Sequence record: AP017925.1
Strand: one strand, 5' to 3'
Length of the DNA: 64,000 nucleotides
In this document: piece after piece, positions 39,801 to 49,400 of the stretch
Layout: each line of letters starts with the position of its first letter
Position numbering within the stretch: the stretch's first letter is position 1
Program-made: the position numbers and the translations under genes
The notes under the pieces: generated by a model
Seen by the model: the letters and a program-made list of their open reading frames with translations, nothing else
What the model was told of the DNA's origin: nothing
Databases searched by the model: none

Positions 39801-41297
39801 CGGTGACTCATTGAAGCGTTGGCTAGCTTCCTGCATGCGGCGGTATTCAGCCGCAGTGATAGCACCAGTGTCAGCCGAACGAGCCAGCAGAGCCTGGAAG
39901 GCTTCGTTGTGTTCCGTCGGAAAGAACTTCGGAGCCTTGTGTGGTTGCATGTGCTCCGGAACATCGCCGTGTCCTTGTACCTGACCATGGGCTACTTGAG
40001 CCTCGTGGTGCTCCGGTTGTCCGTGCGCTACCGCTACCGGATGTGCAGAAGCATGGACTTCAGCCTGCTGAACCGGACTGTCGTCGATACCGGAGTCAGC
40101 TTCTTCCGTTTCATCCGGAATCTCGGGCAACGGGGCATTTTCATCACCCTGACCCGTGATTTCCAGAGCTTCCAGATCCTTGTCGATCTCAGCCAGGAGA
40201 TTCAGACGATCGGTTTCCTCGTCATAGCCGGCGTAAGCTTGCGCTTCGGTCAACTCTCCGTCTTGCGTCGACGACACCCGCGGAGAACCGCTGGCTTGAT
40301 CCGGAACTTCATCCGGCTGAGCATCATTCTGCGCGGCTTGATCATCCAACACCTGGGTGCTGCCCTGAGTGAGATCATCGTCGAGGCTTTCCGGCAGATC
40401 CTTGTTACGGACTTCGGTAATAGCCATCAGCATGCGCAGGAATACCTTTTGCAGCTGAGACGGCGCCCAGTTGCCTTCCTTAATAGGAGGCAGTTCCGGA
40501 TTCTCTTCCAGACGAGCAGCGTACTCGGCTTCCTCGTGACGCGACGGCTTGCGCCATTCTTCGAACAGCGCCAGATCCAGAATAGTAAAGCGCTCACCTT
40601 CACGCAGGATCAGCTTCACATTCGTGATATCCGGAATGTACTTGTGGATCAGACCAGTGTGACGATCTTCACCCATCCAGATCCAGAGATGATGCAGGAA
40701 GATCAGCTCGTAGCTGTTGAACACGCGCATGTTCCGCGTATTCCATCCCATCACCGAACGATCCAGCACCGAACGAGCCGGTAGCTGCTGCGGCAATTGC
40801 AGCTCGATGTACTGATGGTAACCGGTCTTAGTGTTCTCGCCGATCGTGTGGAACATCGTCGCGAAGACGTTGTGCCAGCGATTGTGGAACGTGAACAAGT
40901 TGCGCTGGTACTTAAAGCGAGTCAGCAGCAGACCGTAGTTGTGCGTCACGATAGCGCGCGGATCGCGCTTCATCGTTTCGACATCCATCGATGCACGGAA
41001 CCGTGGGTTCTTCTGACGGAACACACGGATCTTGGCATTGACATCACCCGGGATCGGACGCGGGTTACCGCGATTCTCCACCAGAGTGGTGTGGTGAGTG
41101 ATGCGCAGCGGTTTGGTGTTCCGCTGATAGAACAGCATGTCTTCACTCGGCCACGGGTTGGTTGCCGACGGGCTGATGTAGTGAACCATCGCCAGATTCG
41201 GCAACTCGAACCGTGTCACCAACGGGATCGGCGGCTGAGTGAATTGCGCTGTTTTACGCAACACGAAGTTGCGGTAAAAAGTTTGGTATTGAATCAT
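36849..41297 (-). CDS. Virion RNA polymerase beta subunit (gp178-like)
   Basis: 1482 aa; YSGTGGRGSRSM, DDPKRVNFIGIQ and VGDKGVFGNQMK RpoB-type motifs. Confidence 0.92.
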   Translation of the reverse strand: MIQYQTFYRNFVLRKTAQFTQPPIPLVTRFELPNLAMVHYISPSATNPWPSEDMLFYQRNTKPLRITHHTTLVENRGNPRPIPGDVNAKIRVFRQKNPRFRASMDVETMKRDPRAIVTHNYGLLLTRFKYQRNLFTFHNRWHNVFATMFHTIGENTKTGYHQYIELQLPQQLPARSVLDRSVMGWNTRNMRVFNSYELIFLHHLWIWMGEDRHTGLIHKYIPDITNVKLILREGERFTILDLALFEEWRKPSRHEEAEYAARLEENPELPPIKEGNWAPSQLQKVFLRMLMAITEVRNKDLPESLDDDLTQGSTQVLDDQAAQNDAQPDEVPDQASGSPRVSSTQDGELTEAQAYAGYDEETDRLNLLAEIDKDLEALEITGQGDENAPLPEIPDETEEADSGIDDSPVQQAEVHASAHPVAVAHGQPEHHEAQVAHGQVQGHGDVPEHMQPHKAPKFFPTEHNEAFQALLARSADTGAITAAEYRRMQEASQRFNESPAPLGHEGTMAEFVKVPPEKLKIEESPAIPDQQTIVDKTMLKSSLLDWNKRYSREVMQRDISSMVSQLQSAGVMIDNYEMEEVEDITGSHYEYSIRVKPIEGAASTIPMKIPKVDDEGNFKINGVNYRMRMQRGDMPIRKIAPDQVALTSYYGKVFTERSQRRVNDWGKWIRNAIMAHGLNVSDTIVTNMIPGSAFEKEVYAPRTYSAIAMGFREFTLMVEGKPFKCNFDMSKMITLRMKPAMVVMGVHEETKTELLVGWDENLYIHEYKGEMRAAPSIETILGLDARKAPVEFAELKVFSKLVPVGVVLGYLLGWDAVLHMLNPPSMRIVPVGKRAGLVDDEWSINFDDKTYVFSRRDKLATMVLGGWRDFSETTSRFPSEEFNKKDVYFNLFEEKKLGVRYLRELDQLEQMFVDPITRDLLIEMGEPTVFTKLLVRASEMLTDDKHPDSQDTRYMRIKGYERFAGAVYSELVRAVRIHNGRPGKHRYGLEVNPYAVWIAIQQDPAKDQVSEINPIQNLKENEAVTYSGTGGRGSRSMVKSTRIYHRNDMGVISESTVDSSDVAINVFTSADPQFNSLRGTSKPYDPATGGATSLLSTSALVSPGSTKDDPKRVNFIGIQNRHVVACDGYTQAMVRTGYEQVIPHRVGDMFAVTAKKPGKVLSVKPDGIIVEFADGEKLGVVLGRRYGNAAGLTIPHTIATDMVVGQAFEVGEPIAYNTGFFERDMLNPKQIIWKSATLAKVALMESPDTLEDSSAISVKLTKKLITEQVKIKDIVVNFDQEIHRMVKEGEAVEPESMLCIIEDALSARNQFLDEETLDTLRVLGAQTPQAKIKGKIERIEVYYNGDLEDMSPSLRALAMFSDKKIAARNTSIGRKAYSGQVSDEFRIGTDPLLMDTACIRVYMSAKVSAGVGDKGVFGNQMKTVFGRVFNDNVRSESGVEIDAIFGAKSVADRIVTSPYLIGTTTTLLMVAAKRVIKAYRGG

Positions 41298-41299
41298 GG

Positions 41300-43294
41300 T
41301 TAATCCAGACGAGCGATGTCAAGCGTGTCCTGATCGATGAACTTGATCTGAACTTCCTTAACACCTTGGTCGTAAAGCTTGCGCAAACGATGGTTACCGT
41401 CGAGGACGTAGATCTTGCCTTTCTCACGAATGGCGATCAACGGGAACTGGGTATCAGCGTTCTTCACGCGTTCTGCATCCAGATCCTTAGCATCCTTGAC
41501 ATTCCACTCGACGTCCGACATCTTCACCGTTTCCGGTTTGATGTGTTCGGCAACATCGAGAACGTCATTCAGATCATACTTCACGCCCCAGTGGGAGAAT
41601 GAGCCACCTTCCTCTTCCTGATAGCCTTCCAGCGCATTTACCAGCGAGAAACTCTCGACAGCAGGCTTGGCTGGTTCACCGGTGAGACTATGCAGCACCA
41701 GCTCCACGGTATCCACCGCGCAGCTATAGAGCAGCTTGCCATCAGTACCGATATAGGCTTTCTTAGTCTGGAAGAACTTCTCGGCTTCAGCAATAGCCTC
41801 ATCCGAGTAAGCGATGTTGCCAGAGGCCGTGTCGCCATCGAAGTCAGCGCCCAGACGCTTCAGGTGGCTGGAATGCGGGATCAGAGAGTTCACAAAAGCA
41901 GAACCCTGAACAGGGAACTCGTAGGCAACATAATCGTCACCTGCATCGATCCAGCTTTCATCCAGCATACGGCGTTCTTCGTAACCAACCGTCACCCGCA
42001 GGTGCGTCTTGCTCGGATAGATCGAGCCGATACCCGTTACCGGATAGCGAGTCACGAAGAGTGGGTATTTACTAAACTTGCGATACACGGACAAATAAAA
42101 CAAGTCCGTGAGCGTCAGCGGTCGCACATGTTCGCGCAGACGAGTCGGGGGGAGCTGGTTGATGTCATTGAACACCTTGAACGTACCATCCGGCCCCAGA
42201 TACAGCAGACCCAAATAGTAACCGTCAATCACCAGCGGGGTATTACGGATGTCCTCTTCCTTGAAAGAAGAGATGATCTTTTCGATCCCTTCCGTCGTGG
42301 CCCACTTGTCGTAGTAGCGCACGTGCAGGAAGACATCGCGCGGCCGCAGGGTTTTCGGGTCAACCAAAATGGCGGGCGAATTGACGTCCGGGAACATCGG
42401 TGCGAGGAACTCACGCACAGCGGCAACCGACACCGGCAACGAGGCCTGGAGATATTGGTATAGACCGATGATCGTGGAGTTGAAGCCCGGGGTGCCTTTT
42501 TTGCCCAGAACCGGCACTGCCGTGTTCATGGCGGTGATCACGTTTCGTGTGCCGTTGAAGATACGACGGGAAGCAACTTTACCGAGGAAGAGTTTCTTCT
42601 TCCCCTTGATCAGCGCCTCGATCATGTCGTACAGCGCCACGAAGTTCAGCTGCATGTCAAAACGCGGCTTGTCAATCACTTCAGCGTTGGTGTCGATAGA
42701 CGACTCAACGATCACGTTCGAGAGTGCGATGAACTTGCGGTACAGAACGTTGACTTCGTCTTCGCTCTTGCGGTTGAATTCATCGATTTCCAGATCGCGC
42801 AAGCCCGCCGGCATCACGACGATGTAGCGGGTAAGTCCCGTCTCTTTATGCGCTTCGACGAGCTTGATGTACTCGCTACGCAGGTTGGAGTTACCTTCCT
42901 CGTAAACGATGTCCTTCCAGTGCTCCAAGAAGAACGCATAGCCCGTGCGAGCCCCTTCAGAGGGCTTGGCCTTTACGAAGTCCTTCTTGCTGTCGTCCCA
43001 GAGCGCCCACACTTTGCCAGCCATGATGTCGCCATACATGCGCTTGAGCTTGGTGATCGCCATGAAAATGAGCGGGTGGAAAATGGGCGCCTTGACGTCG
43101 ATATAACCAAACAACAGGTTTCGTCGTTCGTCACCGACCCGGCCAAAGATTTCGGTCGAGAAGAGGCCTTCAGGGTGAAAGTTGGTAGTCGCGCCATCCA
43201 AGATGTCGAGCGCTTTCACCTGCTTGACGCTCTTCAACTTTTCAGGTGTGAGATGGAGCAGCCCGATGTTAAAGGGCACAGACATTTTTTGCAT
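41300..43294 (-). CDS. Virion RNA polymerase beta-prime catalytic subunit (gp180-like) with C-terminal ParB-like extension
   Basis: GADFDGD catalytic triad; FHPEGLFSTEIFG, RYPV and RRIFNGTRNVIT motifs; last ~95 aa contain PLIAIR..YVLDGNHRL. Confidence 0.92.
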   Translation of the reverse strand: MQKMSVPFNIGLLHLTPEKLKSVKQVKALDILDGATTNFHPEGLFSTEIFGRVGDERRNLLFGYIDVKAPIFHPLIFMAITKLKRMYGDIMAGKVWALWDDSKKDFVKAKPSEGARTGYAFFLEHWKDIVYEEGNSNLRSEYIKLVEAHKETGLTRYIVVMPAGLRDLEIDEFNRKSEDEVNVLYRKFIALSNVIVESSIDTNAEVIDKPRFDMQLNFVALYDMIEALIKGKKKLFLGKVASRRIFNGTRNVITAMNTAVPVLGKKGTPGFNSTIIGLYQYLQASLPVSVAAVREFLAPMFPDVNSPAILVDPKTLRPRDVFLHVRYYDKWATTEGIEKIISSFKEEDIRNTPLVIDGYYLGLLYLGPDGTFKVFNDINQLPPTRLREHVRPLTLTDLFYLSVYRKFSKYPLFVTRYPVTGIGSIYPSKTHLRVTVGYEERRMLDESWIDAGDDYVAYEFPVQGSAFVNSLIPHSSHLKRLGADFDGDTASGNIAYSDEAIAEAEKFFQTKKAYIGTDGKLLYSCAVDTVELVLHSLTGEPAKPAVESFSLVNALEGYQEEEGGSFSHWGVKYDLNDVLDVAEHIKPETVKMSDVEWNVKDAKDLDAERVKNADTQFPLIAIREKGKIYVLDGNHRLRKLYDQGVKEVQIKFIDQDTLDIARLD

Positions 43295-43411
43295 CGTAAT
43301 CTCGTTTGGAATGTTATGCAGTAAGCGTTGACTGCTGCATAAATCGCGCAGACGCTGCATCACCAGATAGGTGGTGCTGGCGGCTGCATGGATTAAAGGA
43401 GCTTTTTGAAA

Positions 43412-46400
43412 ATGGCTACGATTGGTTTTAAGGCCAGTGACCAGAAGCTGATGGACGATTTTGATAATTTCAATTTCGACGACTTCAACTTCGATGTCCC
43501 GGAGCCAAAAGACGACCGTCATCCGATTGTCAAGGCACTGGCGCCTATCGGCCGTGGGGCCAAGAACTACATCACCGATGCATCGAGCATCGAGAAGTTC
43601 GTTAAGGCCGCTATGCCGCGCGGCTATGGCCAAGCTTACGACCTCGCTCAAGAGGCGCGTAGTGAGGTGAAGCAGCTATACAATAGCGTCGGGGAGGAGA
43701 TCAAGCCGGTTAAGGAATCGGCCAAGACTCTGATGCGCAAAGCGCTGCCCGCATTGGATGGCAAGATCCCTAAGGGTCTGAAGGAAAAGCTGGAAGCCTT
43801 CTCGAAAGAAGAACAGCAATGGCAAGCCCGTCAGGGTGATCGTCGTGAAGAGCAACTGGGTGATTTGCTGAAGAGCATCTTCGAGCAGAAAGCCACGGAT
43901 CAGGTTGCACAGCGTAACGAATTGAATGAGCGCGAGAAAGTCCGTCAGGGCTTCGAGCAGATTCGTCACCGCGACCAAATCAGTCAGCTGGATGCTATCC
44001 GACTGGCAGTCGAGTCGCAAGCTCAATACCAGAACAAGATCGGTTACAGCGTCCAGAAGAAACAACTGGAACTGTCCTATCGTACGTTCTGGGCAATGGC
44101 TGATCTGAATAAGGAACAGAAGCGGAGTAACGCTGAGTTCCTGTCCGAGCTGAAGGCAGTTACTCGTAACACCAGTCTGCCCGACATGGCCAAGATCAGT
44201 CTGATGAAAGACTACAAGTCGATCATCCGCAATAAGTTCTTGGAGAACGCCCGTGAAGGGATGTTCGGTGGCGCGCAGGACTATTTCCGTAAGTTCTCGC
44301 GCAACATCAAGGACCAGGTCGTAGGACGTGTCCGTGATTATGCCGGTATGGCTGGTACGATGAGTGCTGGTGCAGAAGGCATGGCCGGGATGATGGAAAG
44401 CATGGGTGACATGCCTGGCTTCAATGCACGCGATGAAATGATCGCTGGCTTGATGCATTTCCCGATGGACTGGCTGGCAGAAAAAGCAGGCCGCAAGGCT
44501 AACGCTATTCTGGCCAAGAACAAGAAGCTGCGTCGCGGCGGTAGCCGCGCGTCGTACATGGTCAATACGGTCGGTGATCGTATCCATGAACAGCTGACCG
44601 ATCCGACCAAGGGTTGGGGTAGTCTGGAAGGCCTGCGCGAGCTACTCGCTAGCGCAGCACCGTCGAGTGTGCCGGATTCGAAAATGGAGGTCGATTCGCT
44701 CGACCGCGCCCATGAGCCGCGCCCGTTCTCTCGTGGTAATGCCAAGAGTCTGGATGAAGTAATCCCGGGCCTGCTGGCGCGTATCCATCGCGAGATCAAG
44801 ATTCTGCGTACAGGTGACGAAAGCACTCCGCTGATCACTTACGACTTCGCGAAGAACAAGTTTAGCACCGAGAAGCAGATGGGTTCGGATCTGCGTAAGC
44901 GGATTGCTGGTGGCAACACCGACCGTGCCAATCACTTCGCCAACAACATCATCAACCGTATCGATCGCGGCAAGAAGCTGACGCCTGAACAGCGTGAGCG
45001 TGCTCGGCAGCACTTGATCGAGCGGGCAGTGATGGGTGAGTCGATTGACATCACCAAATCGCACCTCGGCAGTCATTGGGGTGGTGGCCAGGATGGTCAG
45101 GCAATCGCTGATTCGTTCAGCCGCTATCTGCGTTCCACTGATGGCAAACTGGGCAACAATGATCAGGCGTACAAGCGTCAGATCGAACTGATGCAGCAAC
45201 ATCGCGGTATCGTCGGCGGTATTGGCGACCCGCGGGTTCTGTTGCAACAGATGGTAAACTCCGGCCAGCTGGAAACCCTCAAGAACATCGGCATTATCGA
45301 TGAGAACAACAACCTCGACCGCAAGGCCTACTCCCAGTGGCTGATGCATGCAGAAGAGGCTGATCTGTCATCCCCTGCTTCCACTACCTCTGGTGGTGGT
45401 AAGTCGTTCCGTCGTACTCCGGGTTCACGGCGCCGTGCTGCGCCTAGCGCTGGTATGAGTGACTTCATTCCGCGTACGTCGAGTAAGGGCGCAATGGGTG
45501 GTGGCGCGGCTCACGAATTGCGTAGTCTGAACGAGTCGCTTTCCAACAGTACGGTTGAAAAGAATGTCCAGACGATCACGGATCTTCTGGCAAGCTTGGA
45601 TTCCAAGTACACCCATGCGGCTGAGGTTAACTACCTCACGCTGCAATCGATGTTGGACCAACTGATCGCCATTGCTTCTTCGAATGGCGGGATGGGTAGC
45701 GGCCAAGGCGGTGTCGATCTTCTCACCAAGGGTAAACGCGCTTATACCTCGTTGTGGGAGCACGTCAAAGGTTCGAGCCGCGAGGCAGTTGATCGGATCA
45801 AGACACATGGCAAGGCAATGGCTGCGCGTGGTTTGCAGTTGTGGGACAAATACTCTCCTGGCGCTAAGCGTCGTGTGGGTGAAATCCTTGGCGCGGGCCG
45901 TGACAAGCTGAAGGACATGCATGGTCGTCTGCGTGACTATTACGGCGACGTAGTGGTCAGTGGGGAAAGCTTCCCGCGTCTGCGCGCTAACCTGCTCAAA
46001 GCAGGCGAGTATCGCGACCGCCTGACGGGCCGAGTGCTCACTTCGTTGGAAGACATCACGGGTGACGTGGTTGATTCCTCGGGTAACTTGGTGATCACGC
46101 TGGACGAGTTCTACAACTCCTACGTGACGGGCACGATCAACAAACGAGTGCGTGAGCTGTTCACCAACGTAACCTCGAAGCTGGCCGATTGGAAGTCTCG
46201 GTTGCAGGTCTTCATCCCGAGCACCATCCGGGATCTGAAGTCTAGGGCATTGGGTGCGTTGAACCGCGTGAAGGAAATGCTGCCACCTTACGATGTGTAC
46301 GTGAAGAACGACATGTCGAAGCCGTTGCTGTTCGCCAACATGTTCCGCTACGAGATGTACACATCTGCGAAGACGGGCAACACCCTCAAGCATCCTCGCG

Positions 46401-49400
46401 ATATTGATGGTCCGGTGCTTGACGACAAAGGCAACATGGTACTGACTGAAGATCACATCAAGGTTGGTCTGTGTGACGTAGTGGGTGATCCGATCACTTC
46501 TGCTCGGATTCCGATTAAGATCATGCGCAAGGCCAAGGCGGCCTGGGAGATGATGCGTGATGCTGCTGTGGGTATCTTCGGTGCACTGAAAGGTGGGCTG
46601 GGGAATGTGAATGAGTATTTCAAGAACTTCTTCACGCCTTTTGCAGACATCATCACCAACTCCAAGAAGACGGTGACGTTGCTCGAAGCCATCCGGGATA
46701 TCTTGGATGATCGACTGCCGAAACGTAAGAAAGTGCGCGGTGACGTCGATGGCGATGGTATCCGTGAGGGTTCTATTGAAGACATCCATCGCAAGCGGGA
46801 CCAAGCGCTGGCACTGACGCATGACAAGGCAGCGGGTCGTGACCCGAATGCTGACATCAAGGCTGGTCAGGGCATGATCGGTAAGCTATTGGGGGCTCTC
46901 TTCGGTAAGAAGAAAGCCGAGGAGGATGAAGAAGGTCACCATCACGGCGGTTCGCTGCTGGACGATGTAGCCGATGTTGCCGATATCTACGATGACCTTA
47001 AAGGTGGTCGTGGGGCTCGTGGCACTGCCGAACGTCGCGCAGCAGCTAAGGCACGACTGAAGCGTATGCGTGGCGCTAAACCCGGTTTCCTGCGACGCGG
47101 CGTGGGTGCATTGGGTAAGTTGGGTGGCAAGCTGGGTAAAGGTGCGCTCGGCCGTCTCGGTAAGTGGGGTCTGTTCAACACGGATCTGGTTCGCGGAGTA
47201 GGTAAGGTAGCTGGCGGTATCGGCAGCCCTCTGTTGCGCGGTGCTGGTAAAGTGGCTGGCGGCCTTGGTAGCTTGGCCGTGGGTGCTGGTCGTGGTCTGA
47301 TGGGTCAGAGCAAGCTTGCTCGTCTGGCTCGTTGGGGCATGTTCAATACTGACTTGGTACGTGGCGGGGCTAAAGGCCTTGGTTGGGCTGCTAAGGGCTT
47401 GGGTGCGGCTGCGAAGCTTGCGCCTCGTGCTCTGGGTCTGGCTGGTACGGCTTACAGCGCTTACAGTGCTTACGATAACATCAAGCAAGGCAATTACGGT
47501 GCTGCAGCACTGGATGCCGGTTTGGGTCTTGGTGGTATGGCACTGACTGGCGGCGGTTTGGCTGGTCTTGCCAGTATGGGTGGTGCGGCGATGGGTGGCT
47601 TGGGCGCAGTTCTGGCCTCGCCATTCCTGTTACCTGCTCTGGGTGTAGCTGCTGTAGGTGCGGCTGGTTATGCGCTGTACAAGTATTCCCAGAAGACCAA
47701 ACCAACTAACCTGTCGAAGCTGCGTCTGGCTCAGTACGGTATCGCTGAAGACGACACTGATGCTCGTGACAAGATCTTCCAGTTGGAGCAAATGCTGGAA
47801 GATCACATGACCATCCGTGAAGACGGCAACATGATGCTCGATGAGAAAGGCGTCAAGCTCGAAGAGATCGCAGACCTGTTCGATATCCATCGTGAGAAGG
47901 ACATGCAGTTGTTCAACATGTGGTACAAGCGGCGCTTCGTGCCGGTGTATCGCAAGTGGCTCACGGAAATGCGTAAGTTCGATAAGGGTGCGAAAATCGC
48001 CAAGATCGAAAGCGTGATTCCGGGTAAGAGCAAGCTGAGTGTCGCTTCGAGCGCTGTGTCTAGCTGTATGGATGCTTACTCGCACATGGTCGGTTGGAGC
48101 AATGCACGTCCGGAGCTGGCAGTTGATGCTAACGGCGTGCAAGCTGTTCTGGATTCGATGCGTGTGGATCTCGCTAAAGATGCTGAAAAGGACGGAGGGC
48201 CGAAAGCAACAGCAGTAGCTAAAGATGGTGTATCGTCGACTACCGAGGCTAGTGCGTTGGCTGCGAAAGCACTGACGGACAAAGCGCATTACCAAGTGAA
48301 GGATCAAAAAGGAAATGTGCTGGATGCGGCATCCATGAACGTGGGTGAGTTGACGGAGAAGATCAAGAAAGGTTCATTGACTGTTAGTGTGGCTGTGACG
48401 CTTCCAGCGTCGCTGGTTCACAATGACAAGACCCATCTGGATGCTCTGGCAAGTATCCGTTACAAAGCCTACGGTTTGACCCACTTGTCGGCGGACAAAG
48501 TTCGCATGCTGGGTGCAATGGAACTCTTCATCGGTGACCACATCACGGATGATCCGGATTCGCCTAAACTCAACATCTCGACGGAAGTCGTGATGAAGGC
48601 GGCTGGTGAAGTCTTTGGTGTGCCTAACATGACGGGTGAACATGCAACGCGCTGGAAGACCTGGTTCAATGGTCGTTTCCTTCCAGTGTTCTTGATGTGG
48701 GCTGGTACGATTCGTAAGAAGACGGGCAAGACCAAACTTCAAGAAGCCAGCGATGCCTTCTCGATCGAAGACCAACTCTCGTTGGCGCGCGCAATCATTG
48801 GCGCGACTGGCGTGAACGCCGACGGTTCAAAAGTGCCGGTTTGGCAGATCCTTACCAATCCTTGGCAAGATGACTACGAGCTGAACAGCGACCCGGACTC
48901 GACTGCCGGTAACTTGGAAGCAATTCGTCTGTTGGCTGACAAGGTGAAGTTGGGACAGGTCTCGGCCTCCCAGCTGCCGAACAAGCGCAAAGAACCGGTG
49001 GTTTGGTACAAGCCATGGACGTGGGGAAATGCTATCAATGAAAAAGTTGGTGGCAAGAGTCCGAACGGTAAGCAAGGTGCAGGTGTTAACGCTACAGGTG
49101 ATTCCATCACTGGTGCGACCGGTAGTAAGGGCGCTGCTGCATTGTCAGGGATGGGTGATCCGGTCTCCTTCTCTGGCGGCGGCGGTGGTAACTACACTGA
49201 GCTGCCGGCTTCGAGTGGTAATGGCTGGTCTGCAAACCGTGCGCTGATTCTGGCGGCGGCTAAGATGGCAGGTGTCGATCCTAAGGCCCTGATTGCAACC
49301 ATCGCGATCGAATCGGGCTTTAACCCGAATGCTGCACCGAAGAATCCGAATCTGCCGTCCTCTGCAAAGGGGTTTGGTCAGCATCTGGATTCGAGTTGGC

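Noticed and set aside
501-43294. Inteins, group I introns or homing endonucleases in polymerase, terL or RNAP genes
   Set aside because: Frames are continuous and of expected size; no C...HN intein ends, HNH, LAGLIDADG or GIY-YIG motifs seen.
43295-43651. ORF-track N-terminal extension of the gp180-like gene overlapping the tape measure gene
   Set aside because: Homologous sequence begins at MQKMSVPFNIG (43294); the extension crosses a divergent gene start.
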